A DNA stretch of 64,000 nt, taken from NCBI GenBank assembly GCA_963743305.1, contig CAVUPH010000014.1, positions 288,001 to 352,000 of the forward strand, read 5' to 3'. Below are positions 42,075 to 51,406 of this stretch, in pieces. Numbering within the stretch: the stretch's first letter is position 1; the number at the start of each line of letters is the position of its first letter. The stretch is from an uncultured delta proteobacterium. GTDB taxonomy: Bacteria; Desulfobacterota; RBG-13-43-22. The notes below the pieces were generated by a model. That model was not told the DNA's origin and ran no database searches. It saw only the letters and a program-made list of their open reading frames with translations. A program made the translations under genes and the position numbers.

Positions 42075-42130
42075 CAATCAGCTGAAATCGGCCGCGAGTG
42101 AAACGAGCCAGCTGGATTTTTTTGTTAGCC
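42075..42130 (-). mobile_element. Degenerate integron attC site
   Basis: Minus strand reads GGCTAAC-AAAA-AAATCCAGCTG-GCTCGTTTCACTCG-CGGCCGATTT, starting 10 nt after the protease stop. R' GTT is lost. Confidence 0.55.
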
Positions 42131-42140
42131 GATAAGCCAC

Positions 42141-43049
42141 TTAAAATCCTCTTTGCTTTTTCATTTCATCAGAAAATAGTAATTCATGAACTTTGTATGC
42201 GGGCACAATAGCAGCAATCCCCATATTCGAAATCGAAAAAGGAGTTTTTTTTGTTTCAATTATTCTTATTTCTTGCGCATCTTGAAATGTTCCTTGCATA
42301 ACTCCAGCAAGTTTAAGGACAGGATTGCCCACGCTTAAAACTCCTGGAGTACGATCGCTCCCCAAGTAAAAAAAGACAGGTGATCCGCTATTGCCTCCAT
42401 AGGAGGCTGCTTCAATAAGGTAAAGAGACATGGGTTTACCCTGCCATTCAATTTTTTCGTCAGTTACCAATGCAACGCGTCCAAACCGGACAACAGGGTA
42501 ATTCTTTTCTGATCCGAGATACGGTGTAAACAAACCTGTAAAGAAAACGTCTGAACCTTCTCGTATATTGAGTTTTTTATAGTCTTCCTGCGTTGTAATG
42601 TATTCGTCAGGAAGAAACTTAAAATCAAACTGCGTTTGATCGGGTAAAAAGGGTATTGCGACTACATCAACAGCGGGATCACTATGAAAAAATACCGTCT
42701 TATTTTCGCCCTCAACCCTAATTGGGATTGGTCCTATTTTGGAGCCTCCCTCCCTCTTGTTTATGCGGACATAAACCTTGTCCCAAAATTCAGTAGAGTT
42801 AGGTTTGCGCAAAACATGCTTCGCTGTAATAAGATATACTGAAAAAGTTGCCGGCTCAGAGGAGTTTTTCACGCCTACAAAAAAGGCAGTTCCGTTAGGA
42901 ATTAACTTTCCATCTTTTTCTATAAATATGAAGACGACAACAGACTTAACTTCTGGGGGGATAGGACTCGCATTAGCTTGTCCTCCTGCAATTACGGTAT
43001 ACAACAATAATGCCGCAATTATAGATGAAAAATATTTAATTTGCATCAT
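42141..43049 (-). CDS. Secreted trypsin-like serine protease (AT-rich, putative gene cassette)
   Basis: Signal peptide, ITAKHV and GGNSGSPV. Visibly lower GC than its flanks. Preceded by GTTGGCC-GGAGGAG-ATG. Confidence 0.8.
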   Translation of the reverse strand: MMQIKYFSSIIAALLLYTVIAGGQANASPIPPEVKSVVVFIFIEKDGKLIPNGTAFFVGVKNSSEPATFSVYLITAKHVLRKPNSTEFWDKVYVRINKREGGSKIGPIPIRVEGENKTVFFHSDPAVDVVAIPFLPDQTQFDFKFLPDEYITTQEDYKKLNIREGSDVFFTGLFTPYLGSEKNYPVVRFGRVALVTDEKIEWQGKPMSLYLIEAASYGGNSGSPVFFYLGSDRTPGVLSVGNPVLKLAGVMQGTFQDAQEIRIIETKKTPFSISNMGIAAIVPAYKVHELLFSDEMKKQRGF

Positions 43050-43165
43050 CTCCTCCGGCCAACAAGTTATTCTATGGTTTATTGCGAATTCCAAACATCC
43101 CAGAGTTTTCCAGCGGCCCAAACAAAAATAAATCTACATTGCTCGTCCCGAGCCCAACTAGACAT

Positions 43166-43193
43166 ATCCTACTTAAATCATTAAAAATGTCAA
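43166..43193 (-). promoter_or_regulatory. sigma70 promoter facing the cassette-like array (Pc-like position)
   Basis: TTGACA (43193-43188), 16-bp spacer, TAGGAT (43171-43166). Confidence 0.55.
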
Positions 43194-43622
43194 CAAATCT
43201 CCTGGTGAATCTTTCGTTGCCGAGTAAATTTGATCTTTCCTGATATCATGTCTAATATATGTTTATATTAAGATGAGGATGACTCTTAATACCGGCCATC
43301 CTTCCTGCGGTTCAGTCAAAATTTGAAGTCTGTTTGCGAATTAGAACCAGTCCAGGTAGACAGCAAAGGAGGCCAGGAGTCCCCTGGGCTTTTGAAAAAT
43401 CTTAGAGGGCCTTGGATCCGACCCAAAACGGGCGTTTATTTTCTCTTAAGAAAACCGGCCCTCTCCGGCCAGGTTGATCCATATTTTTAAAGCCTTACCA
43501 TAAACCGTAACGGGAAGGAGGATTTCTTGTTTCATCTTTTTGTTTTGGTTATAATTCTTTTAGTTTAAGAGATATCCGGCAACCCAATCTAACGGAAGAA
43601 ACATTTATAAGGAACCAGGATC

Positions 43623-43862
43623 ATGAGAGCAATCGCCCTGAAAAGGCAGGCAAAAAAAGCCATAGATGAACTGACCGAAGAAAAGGTTAGAGTAGCCATA
43701 GATTTCATTGAATACCTGAAATCCAAGGAAGAGATGGAAGCCACATTGGAAATCCTTTCCAGCCAGGAACTGATGGCCCAAATCCAAGCCGCTGAAAGGG
43801 CCTTAATAAGTGGGGCGAAGACGGAGTTTATATCCTGGGAAAAAGTCAGGCGGGATGTATAA
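43623..43862 (+). CDS. Putative antitoxin of a RelE-associated TA pair
   Basis: 79 aa containing EATLEILS...ISWEKVRRDV. Its stop overlaps the ATG of a RelE-like fragment. Confidence 0.7.
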   Translation: MRAIALKRQAKKAIDELTEEKVRVAIDFIEYLKSKEEMEATLEILSSQELMAQIQAAERALISGAKTEFISWEKVRRDV

Positions 43863-43941
43863 GTTCTCGATTCATAGAAAAGCCTCCAAGTATTATCAGA
43901 CTGTCGACGATAATACCGCTTTTGAGCGCGTTTCGCCGTAA
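43855..43941 (+). pseudogene. Truncated RelE/ParE-like toxin
   Basis: MYKFSIHRKASKYYQTVDDNTA resembles a RelE N-terminus and stops after 28 codons. Confidence 0.55.
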
Positions 43942-44023
43942 TGTAATCTCCTTCTTAAGCTTTGGTTTTTCAAAGTTCTTCCCTTTCCAAATCCCAGTTT
44001 AACAACCCCCTTGGCCCTAATTT

Positions 44024-44169
44024 TGATGGTTTCGCAAAAAGTCCCCAGCGCTGTCATTGCGAGGAGTGAAGCGACGAAGCAATCCCCAAGAATCAGCTAG
44101 TTACCATGGTGGGGATTCGCTTCGCTTCGCTCGCAATGACAGGTTTTTGGACTTTTTGCGAGGTTGTCA
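44024..44169. mobile_element. MITE/REP-like element, type A
   Basis: Near-identical to 31362-31506, with the same TIRs and internal palindrome. Confidence 0.8.
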
Positions 44170-44341
44170 ATTTTTATCCTGGCTGCAATTCAGTATGGCC
44201 CTGCACGCCCCGGAGATCAAATACCAGGGCCCACGCTTGGCGCCCAGAACGTATTCCTGGAACGGAACCATTGACTTTCCGACCGAGGGTGGTAAGCTAG
44301 TGACCATGTCGTTCTCCAGAACGGCCAATAGGGGATATCCC

Positions 44342-45913
44342 ATGAGCAAAAAATCCAAAGCCATTCGACTCGGCATCGATTTCGGGACCACCCGCACGGT
44401 AGTCGCGTCCGTGGAAAACGGGAACTACCCGGTCTGCACCTTCTCCTGGGAAGACGAAGTGAAGGAGTACATCCCCACCCTGGCGGCCGTTGACCAGGGG
44501 AAACTCCTTTTCGGCTGGGAGGCGGCGAAGCGGCTCCAGGACCCGGAAGCGCGGGTCCTGCGCTCCCTGAAACGTCTGCTCGGCCAGGTTCGACCCGATG
44601 ACCTTTTGGAACTCGCCCCGGGTTTCTCCCTCCCGGCCCTGGAGCTGGTCACCCTGTTCCTGGCCCACGTCAAGGAAATGCTTATCCGCCACAGTCCGCT
44701 TAACCTCCCCCGGGGTCGGCCCCTGGAAGTTCTGGCCGCGGTCCCGGCCAACGCCGGCAGCAACCAGCGCTTCATCACCCTGGAGGCCTTTCGTCGGGCC
44801 GGCTTTCAGGTCCGGGGATTGATGAACGAGCCTTCGGCCGCCGCCGTGGAATTCGTACACCGCTATTTGCGCGATCTCGGACCCAAGAGCCCCAAAAAAT
44901 ACCTGGTGGTCTATGACCTGGGCGGCGGCACCTTTGATACCTCGGTGGTGGGTTTCGCCGAGAGCCACTTCGACGTCATCACCCATCAAGGGATCAACCG
45001 GCTCGGCGGGGATGACTTCGATCAGCTCATTCTGGAAATGGCCCTGGAAAAATTGAGCCTCTCCCGTGTAGAACTGCCTCCCGGCTTAGAACCCCGGCTG
45101 CTGGAGGAATGTCGGGAACGCAAGGAGGGTCTGAAGCCCAACACGCAGAAGATGATGGTGGAGCTGGCCCTGAAAGAAGGAGAAGAGCGGTCCCTCATCC
45201 TGGGAACGAAGGAGATCTATGCCCGCTGTCTGCCCCTGATCGAGCGCAGCCTGGCGCTGGTCCATAAGGTAATGGACGACCTGCAACAGGTCGGGATTGA
45301 TTCCGAAGACAGCCAACGCTTCGCGGCCGTCTATCTGGTGGGAGGCTCGGTGGCCTTCCCCCCGGTCTCCCGTCGATTGCGGGAACTCTTCGGACGCAAG
45401 GTCCGGATCTCGCCCTATCCCCAGGCCGCCACGGCCATCGGCCTGGCCGTCAGCACCGACCCCCAGGCCCGGATTTCAATCCGGGAGGCGGTTACCCGCC
45501 ATTTCGGGATCTGGCGGGAAGGGGAGGACGGGCGCGAAAAGATCTTCGACCCTATTTTTCGCAAAGACAGCCTGCTGGAAACCGGGGCGGGGGGGCCGGA
45601 GGTTGTTCGGGACTATCATCCGGTTCATAATGTGGGCCACCTACGTTTCCTGGAGTGCAGCGCCCTGGGGGAGGCCGGGGAACCCCAAGGCGACCTGTTC
45701 GTCTGGGAGGATGTTTATTTCCCTTATGACCCTCAATTGGAGCTGGAACCGGACCTGGCCCGCGTCTCCCTGGAAAAACGACCGGACCTGGCCGGGCAGG
45801 AAATCCGCGAGATCTACTCCTATGACCCACGGGGGATCATCACCGTTCAAGTTGAGAATTGTTCAGCCGGCTACCGCAGAGAATATACCTTCGACAGCAA
45901 ACCCCGAAAATAG
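44342..45913 (+). CDS. Atypical Hsp70/DnaK-family ATPase
   Basis: NBD motifs LGIDFGTT, NEPSAAA, VYDLGGGTFD, LGGDDFD and YLVGGS. Short, non-canonical C-terminal domain. Promoter-like TTGACT-16-TAAGCT at 44271-44298. Confidence 0.85.
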   Translation: MSKKSKAIRLGIDFGTTRTVVASVENGNYPVCTFSWEDEVKEYIPTLAAVDQGKLLFGWEAAKRLQDPEARVLRSLKRLLGQVRPDDLLELAPGFSLPALELVTLFLAHVKEMLIRHSPLNLPRGRPLEVLAAVPANAGSNQRFITLEAFRRAGFQVRGLMNEPSAAAVEFVHRYLRDLGPKSPKKYLVVYDLGGGTFDTSVVGFAESHFDVITHQGINRLGGDDFDQLILEMALEKLSLSRVELPPGLEPRLLEECRERKEGLKPNTQKMMVELALKEGEERSLILGTKEIYARCLPLIERSLALVHKVMDDLQQVGIDSEDSQRFAAVYLVGGSVAFPPVSRRLRELFGRKVRISPYPQAATAIGLAVSTDPQARISIREAVTRHFGIWREGEDGREKIFDPIFRKDSLLETGAGGPEVVRDYHPVHNVGHLRFLECSALGEAGEPQGDLFVWEDVYFPYDPQLELEPDLARVSLEKRPDLAGQEIREIYSYDPRGIITVQVENCSAGYRREYTFDSKPRK

Positions 45914-45948
45914 TCGTTGCCAATAGTTTCGCTATAAGTCCTCGGGTC

Positions 45949-46000
45949 TGTCCTTGCGAGGAGTGAAGCGACGAAGCAATCCCCAAGAATCAGCTACTTG
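45949..46000. repeat. Partial type A element
   Basis: TTGCGAGGAGTGAAGCGACGAAGCAATCCCCAAGAATCAGCTA matches the left arm of the 31362 and 44024 elements. Confidence 0.75.
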
Positions 46001-46133
46001 ACCCAAATCTGCGCAAGGAGGTTAAAACATCGGTAGCGTCGAGGTTTCCGGAAATGCCTGCATCCAGAAACAGGTCGAGAGTCTCTATCTGATTCAGATG
46101 ATTCGTTTCAAAAAAAACCAATTTACGGCCTTA

Positions 46134-46175
46134 TTGACATCCACTCTTCCTTACGATATATTGACAAAGTAAGGA
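46134..46175 (+). promoter_or_regulatory. sigma70 promoter with overlapping palindromic operator (AbrB-PIN TA)
   Basis: TTGACA, 17-bp spacer, TATATT (46134-46162). Inverted repeat TCCTTAC (46148) and GTAAGGA (46169) flanks the -10. Confidence 0.65.
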
Positions 46176-46200
46176 GATTTTTTCAGAGAGGAGATCCGGC

Positions 46201-46434
46201 ATGCAATCGACCATTACCTCTAAATTTCAAACGACCATTCCCAAAGCCATCCGGGAGAATCTGGCGCTGGTGGTGAACGACACCCTGGAATGGAAGGTCG
46301 ACCACGGGAAAATCATAGTCTCCCCAAAACAAAAAAATTTCCTAAAATATCAGAACAAGGTAAAGGTCGGAAAAGGGGACATCGAGGCGGACATTACCTT
46401 AGCCAGAGACTTATGCCTGGAGGATCATCGGTGA
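46201..46434 (+). CDS. AbrB/MazE-family antitoxin
   Basis: STITSKFQTTIPKAIRENL swapped-hairpin motif; GAGGAG RBS. Confidence 0.88.
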   Translation: MQSTITSKFQTTIPKAIRENLALVVNDTLEWKVDHGKIIVSPKQKNFLKYQNKVKVGKGDIEADITLARDLCLEDHR

Positions 46435-46856
46435 AAAAATACATAATCGATACCAACGCCTTGATTTCCTTTGTAACCGACAGGAACCTGAAACAACAGC
46501 AGATCATGAAGGCTGTCTTTGAAACCGTTTCGCTGCTGAAAGGGATCATTCTCTGCCACTCCCATGTACTGACCGAATTTGTCTATGTTATGGAAAAAAT
46601 CTATCAGGTACCCCTGGAGGAGATCAAGGAAATGGTCATGGATTTTATGATCCTGCCGGGAGTGAGGGTCGTCCAGGAGATCAACTTTAAAGCCGTCTTC
46701 GACTACTGGCCGAAAGTTATTGCCGATTTTGGCGACGCCCTGGTCGCGGCCCTCTGCAAAGCGCAGAAGGGTTCCGTTCTCTTGACCTTTGACCAGAAAT
46801 TAATCAGGCAGATTGAAACCGCAGGGCTAACCGCTTATTCTCAGGAATCTAATTGA
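46431..46856 (+). CDS. vapC: PIN-domain (VapC-like) toxin
   Basis: GTGA overlap with the antitoxin. Motifs IIDTNAL, VLTEF, DFGDAL and LTFD. Confidence 0.88.
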   Translation: MKKYIIDTNALISFVTDRNLKQQQIMKAVFETVSLLKGIILCHSHVLTEFVYVMEKIYQVPLEEIKEMVMDFMILPGVRVVQEINFKAVFDYWPKVIADFGDALVAALCKAQKGSVLLTFDQKLIRQIETAGLTAYSQESN

Positions 46857-46998
46857 TGGTTACCATAATCCGGAAACTGAATTCCTCTTTATAGGTAAAA
46901 TCAAACCGGGGCGGGTTAATCCCCCCCGGCGCCCTGCCTTTGAGGTGTTGGGGTATTTCCCCGCGATAACATGACTTCTTAGATACCAAAGCTTCCCT

Positions 46999-47130
46999 TT
47001 ATATCTTCGGTCTGATGATCTGCTGTTTGGGAAAATAGGTCTGGTACCGCGCCCAATCCCTATCCAGGATGATGTTGCTGTCCACCAGGATATCCAACGC
47101 TCATCCCCGGGACAGGGCCATAATTTCCTC
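46999..47130 (-). pseudogene. Remnant of an antitoxin-PIN toxin pair
   Basis: EEIMALSRG* (antitoxin-like C-terminus) followed by LDILVDSNIILD fused directly to RDWARYQTYFPK, i.e. PIN N- and C-terminal motifs with the middle deleted. Confidence 0.6.
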
Positions 47131-47139
47131 TTTTCCTGC

Positions 47140-47168
47140 TTGACGGCTGACTTGCTTTTCAATACATT
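47140..47168 (+). promoter_or_regulatory. sigma70 promoter of the liv operon
   Basis: TTGACG, 17-bp spacer, TACATT, ~47 nt before the livK ATG. Confidence 0.5.
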
Positions 47169-47215
47169 AACCTATTCAACGGCAATTAAAATTTTGGGCC
47201 AGGGGGAAGTCAACC

Positions 47216-48388
47216 ATGGGAAAAAGAGGGTTTGCGGGTTTATTGACAGGTCTTTTGGTTTTAAGTTGGGCGGCATTGGGCTTGGCGGCCGAGGTCATCA
47301 AAGTGGGGTTCAACATCCCCCTGACCGGCGACATCCCCAAAGTGGGCGAAGGGTCCAAGTACGCCGGGGAGATGCTCAAGGAACGGATTAACAAGTCCGG
47401 CGGATTGAAGGTCGGCAACAAGACCTATAAGCTCGAGTTTGTCTACCAGGACAATGAGTCCAAGGCCGAATCGGCCACGGCCGTGGCCTTGAAGCTGATC
47501 GCCCAGGACAAAGTCCTGGCCATCATCGGCCCCCAGTCGAGCAAGCAGGCCATCCCGGCCGGAGAGGTCAGCGACGCCAACAAAACGGTGATGATCACCG
47601 CCTGGTCCACCAACCCCAAGACCACCCTGAACCGCCCCTGGGTCTTCCGGGCCTGTTTTCTGGACGACTTCCAAGGTCCGGTCCTGGCCAAGTTCGCCAC
47701 CCAGGAACTGAAGGCCAAAAAAGCCGCGGTCCTTTATGACATCGCCAGCGACTATCCCAAGGGCCTGGCCGAATTTTTTAAGGCGGCCTTCCAGAAAATA
47801 AACGGCGCCGGTTCCGTTGTGGCCTTTGAGACCTTTACCACCAAGGACCGGGACTTCAGCGCCCAGTTGACCAAAATCGTGGCTTCCAAGGCCGATGTCC
47901 TCTTCACCCCCCAGTACTACGATGAAATTCCCCTAATCGTGAAACAGGCCCGGGAATTAGGCTGGAATAAACCCGTCCTGGGCAGCGATTCCTGGGGCTC
48001 GGCGGAACTGATGAAGCTCTGCGGTAACGACTGCAAAGGCTACTATTTCAGCACCCACTACGCAGCCGCCGGGGCCAAGGGCGCCACCAAGGAATTCATC
48101 GACAGCTACAAGGCCAGGTACGGCTACGAACCCGACGATGTGGCCGCCCTGACCTGGGATGCCGCCCGTTTGCTCTTGCAGGCCGTCCAGAACACCAAGG
48201 GTCTAAGCGGCAACCTGGTCAAGGACCGGCAGTCCGTCCGGGACCAACTGTCCAAGATCCGGGGCTTTGACGGCATCACCGGCAAGATGACCTTTAACGG
48301 CAAGACCGGCGATCCGCAGAAGTGCGCGGTGGTGGTCAAAATCGGACAGGACGGCAGTTTTCAGTTTTATAAGTCGGTCTGCCCTTAA
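47216..48388 (+). CDS. livK: Branched-chain amino acid ABC transporter substrate-binding protein
   Basis: Signal peptide; motifs IKVGFNIPLTG, FRACFLDDFQG, DFSAQLTKI and GITGKMTF. Confidence 0.92.
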   Translation: MGKRGFAGLLTGLLVLSWAALGLAAEVIKVGFNIPLTGDIPKVGEGSKYAGEMLKERINKSGGLKVGNKTYKLEFVYQDNESKAESATAVALKLIAQDKVLAIIGPQSSKQAIPAGEVSDANKTVMITAWSTNPKTTLNRPWVFRACFLDDFQGPVLAKFATQELKAKKAAVLYDIASDYPKGLAEFFKAAFQKINGAGSVVAFETFTTKDRDFSAQLTKIVASKADVLFTPQYYDEIPLIVKQARELGWNKPVLGSDSWGSAELMKLCGNDCKGYYFSTHYAAAGAKGATKEFIDSYKARYGYEPDDVAALTWDAARLLLQAVQNTKGLSGNLVKDRQSVRDQLSKIRGFDGITGKMTFNGKTGDPQKCAVVVKIGQDGSFQFYKSVCP

Positions 48389-48395
48389 AAGGCAA

Positions 48396-48512
48396 CTCAC
48401 CGCAAAGGCGCAAAGAACGCAAAGGAAAAAAAACATGTTTTTTGGGAGAAGCGGCGGCCGCCGCTTCTCCCAAAATAAGATTTCTTTGCGCCCTTTGCGT
48501 CTTTGCGGTGCA
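48396..48512. repeat. Nested palindromic intergenic element between livK and livH
   Basis: CACCGCAAAGGCGCAAAGAACGCAAAG...CTTTGCGCCCTTTGCGTCTTTGCGGTG outer stem enclosing the perfect hairpin TTTTGGGAGAAGCGGCGGCCGCCGCTTCTCCCAAAA. Confidence 0.75.
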
Positions 48513-48535
48513 AAATTAATTCCGGGAACTCATCC

Positions 48536-49468
48536 TTGACCTTATCCCTATTCCTTCAAAACCTGATCAACGCCCTCCAGTGGGGCAGCTTCTACGCCCT
48601 GATCGCCTTGGGTTATTCCATGGTCTACGGGGTGCTGCTGCTGATCAACTTTGCCCACGGCGATATCTTTATGGTGGGGGCCTACTTCGGTTTTTTTATT
48701 TCCGCCTTCCTCTTGGGCGCTTACGCCTTGAAGCTGCCTTATACCCTTTCCCCGGAGATGGTCTTCTTCCTGACTCTCCTCCTGACCATGGCCCTGACGG
48801 CCGGGGTGGGAGTGACCATCGAACGGATCGCCTACCGGCCCCTGCGTCGAAAAGGGGCCAATCGACTTTACGTGGTCATTACGGCCCTGATGGTGGGATT
48901 GATCCTGGAGAACGGCAACCTGGCCCTGTTGGGCGCCAGTCGAAAGAATTTCCCTGAGTTGATTCCCCGGGTGATATACCACTGGGGGGGAATCACCTTC
49001 AGCAACCTCAAGATCGTCGTTATCGCCACCACCCTGCTGGTCTTTTTGTTACTCCAGATCGTGGTCCGCAAGACCCGCTGGGGGTTGGCGATGCGGGCCA
49101 TTTCCTATGACCGGGTGGCGGTCCCGCTGATGGGCATCCCGGTGGACAGCGTCATCGTCGTCACCTTCGCCCTGGGCTCCGCGCTGGCCGCCGTGGCCGG
49201 GATCCTCTTCGCCCTCTCCTACCCGGTGCTGGAACCCTATATGGGGGCCCTCATCGGCTGGAAGGCCTTTATCGCCGCCGTGGTCGGCGGGATCGGGGAA
49301 ATCCGCGGAGCCTTTGTGGGCGGATTTTTACTGGGCTTCATCGAGATCTTCTCGGCCACCGTCTTTCCTTCCACCTACCGGGACCTGATCAGCTTCGGCA
49401 TTCTGATGGCTATTCTCACTTTTAAACCCACCGGGATCTTCGGCCTGGCCCGGCGGACCAAGGTCTAG
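48536..49468 (+). CDS. livH: Branched-chain amino acid ABC permease
   Basis: Motifs GSFYALIALGYSMVYG, INFAHG and KAFIAAVVGGIG. TTG start inferred. Confidence 0.92.
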   Translation: MTLSLFLQNLINALQWGSFYALIALGYSMVYGVLLLINFAHGDIFMVGAYFGFFISAFLLGAYALKLPYTLSPEMVFFLTLLLTMALTAGVGVTIERIAYRPLRRKGANRLYVVITALMVGLILENGNLALLGASRKNFPELIPRVIYHWGGITFSNLKIVVIATTLLVFLLLQIVVRKTRWGLAMRAISYDRVAVPLMGIPVDSVIVVTFALGSALAAVAGILFALSYPVLEPYMGALIGWKAFIAAVVGGIGEIRGAFVGGFLLGFIEIFSATVFPSTYRDLISFGILMAILTFKPTGIFGLARRTKV

Positions 49469-49537
49469 CCAAAAATTCTTCAAATTTTTGGCTGAAAGTA
49501 AAAACCAAAATTTGAGCGGCGAGCGCATCTATTACAA

Positions 49538-50605
49538 ATGTCGGAGATCGATTCTCACACAAAAATAGTAACCAGCAAAGGGCCGCTGAAACGCTTCCCC
49601 GCCGTAACCTGGGCAGCGTTACTTTTCCTGCTCTTGATCGGGTCTTCCTGGGCGGGCTGGCTGGACTCCTACACCCAACTGGTGATCCTCTTCATCGGCA
49701 TCAACATCATCATGTCCGCCAGCCTGAACCTGATCAACGGCTACATGGGGGAATTTTCCTGCGGCCATGCCGGCTTCATGGCCGTGGGCGCCTATGTCAC
49801 CTCTCTTCTGACGGTCTGGTTCTTCACCTCCGGTTCGGTGTTCGGCCCGGCCCTGCTGAACTCCCATTGGGCGATCCTCCTCTTTCCCTTGCTGCTCCTG
49901 ATCGGCGGTTTGGCCGCCGCCCTGGCCGGGTTGATGATCGCCGTTCCTTCCTTTCGGACCCGGGGCGATTATCTGGCCATCATCACTTTGGCCGCCAACT
50001 ATATTATCAAAAGCGCTATCGAAAACATCCAGGTCATCGGCGGGGCCCGGGGCTTCATGGGCATGTCCCGGGTGGTCAACGGGATGGAGGCCGTCTGGGA
50101 AATCCCCTGGATGCTGATTTGGACCGGGATCTTTGTGACCCTGACCGTGGTGGTGATTCAGCGTTTCATCCGCTCCACTTACGGCCAGGGGGTGATCGCC
50201 ATCCGGGAGGATGAAATCGCCGCGGAAATCATGGGAATTGACATCCGCAAGATGAAGATGATCGCCTTTATGCTCTCTTCGGGACTGGCCGGCGTGGCCG
50301 GCGGACTCCTGGCCCACGTTTTGGGCTACATCAACCCCGGCAGCTTTACCATCATGAAATCCACCGAGGCCATGGTCATGGTTTACCTGGGCGGCATGGG
50401 CTCCCTGAGCGGTTCGGTCCTGAGCGCCGTACTTTTCACCCTGCTCCTCGAGGTGCTGAGACCCCTGGAACTCTTCAAATGGGTCATCGTCCCTTTGCTG
50501 CTCTTTTTCCTGATGCTCTTCCGGCCTGAAGGCTTGTTGGGGCATCGGGAATTGACGGATGTTTTCCCGGGACTGAAACGCTTTTATCGCTCGGAGGGGA
50601 AATAG
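49538..50605 (+). CDS. livM: Branched-chain amino acid ABC permease
   Basis: Motifs SLNLINGYMG, GHAGFMAVGAY, RGDYLAIITL, AIREDEIAA and LGGMGSLSG. Confidence 0.92.
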   Translation: MSEIDSHTKIVTSKGPLKRFPAVTWAALLFLLLIGSSWAGWLDSYTQLVILFIGINIIMSASLNLINGYMGEFSCGHAGFMAVGAYVTSLLTVWFFTSGSVFGPALLNSHWAILLFPLLLLIGGLAAALAGLMIAVPSFRTRGDYLAIITLAANYIIKSAIENIQVIGGARGFMGMSRVVNGMEAVWEIPWMLIWTGIFVTLTVVVIQRFIRSTYGQGVIAIREDEIAAEIMGIDIRKMKMIAFMLSSGLAGVAGGLLAHVLGYINPGSFTIMKSTEAMVMVYLGGMGSLSGSVLSAVLFTLLLEVLRPLELFKWVIVPLLLFFLMLFRPEGLLGHRELTDVFPGLKRFYRSEGK

Positions 50606-50607
50606 CC

Positions 50608-51378
50608 ATGGCGCTCTTTGAGGTGAAGGGGTTGACCCATTCCTTCGGAGGACTGCGGGCGGTCAATAATTTCAACCTGAACCTGGAAGGCGGGGAAATG
50701 GTGGGCCTTATCGGACCCAATGGGGCTGGGAAGACCACGGTCTTCAACTTGGTTTGCGGCGTCTATCAGCCCTCCGGCGGAACGATCCGCTTAAACGGCA
50801 AAACGCTGAACGGTCTCCACCCGCACCGGATCACTGCCACCGGGATGGCCCGCACCTTTCAAAACATCCGCCTCTGGCCCGCCATGACCGTTCTGGACAA
50901 TGTCCGCCTGGGCAACCATTTTCGCCTGGGCTACGGGCTCTGGGATATCCTGCTGCAGACGGTCCGCTATCGGTCGGGGGAAGCGGAAAGCACCCACTCC
51001 GCCCGGGAATTGTTGGCCCTGCTGGGTCTGGGAGACTGTAGCGGGGAGATGACCAAGAACCTGCCCTACGGGCTGCAGCGCAAAGTTGAAATCGCCCGGG
51101 CCCTCATGACCCGGCCGAAAGTGCTTTTGCTGGATGAGCCGGCGGCCGGGATGAACCTGCAGGAAAAAAGCGCCCTGGTCGATTTGATTCGCTGGCTTCG
51201 AAAGGAATTCAAGTTGACCGTCTGGCTGATCGAGCACGAAATGAAGGTGGTCATGAATCTCTGCGAAGTCATCCAGGTCCTGGATTTCGGCGAAACCATA
51301 GCCTCCGGCCCGCCGGAAGAAATCCAGCGGGACCCCCGGGTCATTGAAGCCTATCTGGGAAAAGAAGAGGCGGCGTAA
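50608..51378 (+). CDS. livG: Branched-chain amino acid ABC ATPase
   Basis: Motifs GPNGAGKTT, ARTFQNIRL, LPYGLQRKVEIARAL and VIEAYLG. Confidence 0.93.
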   Translation: MALFEVKGLTHSFGGLRAVNNFNLNLEGGEMVGLIGPNGAGKTTVFNLVCGVYQPSGGTIRLNGKTLNGLHPHRITATGMARTFQNIRLWPAMTVLDNVRLGNHFRLGYGLWDILLQTVRYRSGEAESTHSARELLALLGLGDCSGEMTKNLPYGLQRKVEIARALMTRPKVLLLDEPAAGMNLQEKSALVDLIRWLRKEFKLTVWLIEHEMKVVMNLCEVIQVLDFGETIASGPPEEIQRDPRVIEAYLGKEEAA

Positions 51379-51406
51379 GCCTCCCCGGTTTACTAAAAGT
51401 CAAGCT

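Noticed and set aside
44057-44341. N-terminal extensions or ORFs starting MRGVKRRSNPQES (44057, 31395) and [10 protein letters not shown] (53230)
   Set aside because: These are translations of the MITE-like repeats. The real starts are downstream (44342, 53326).
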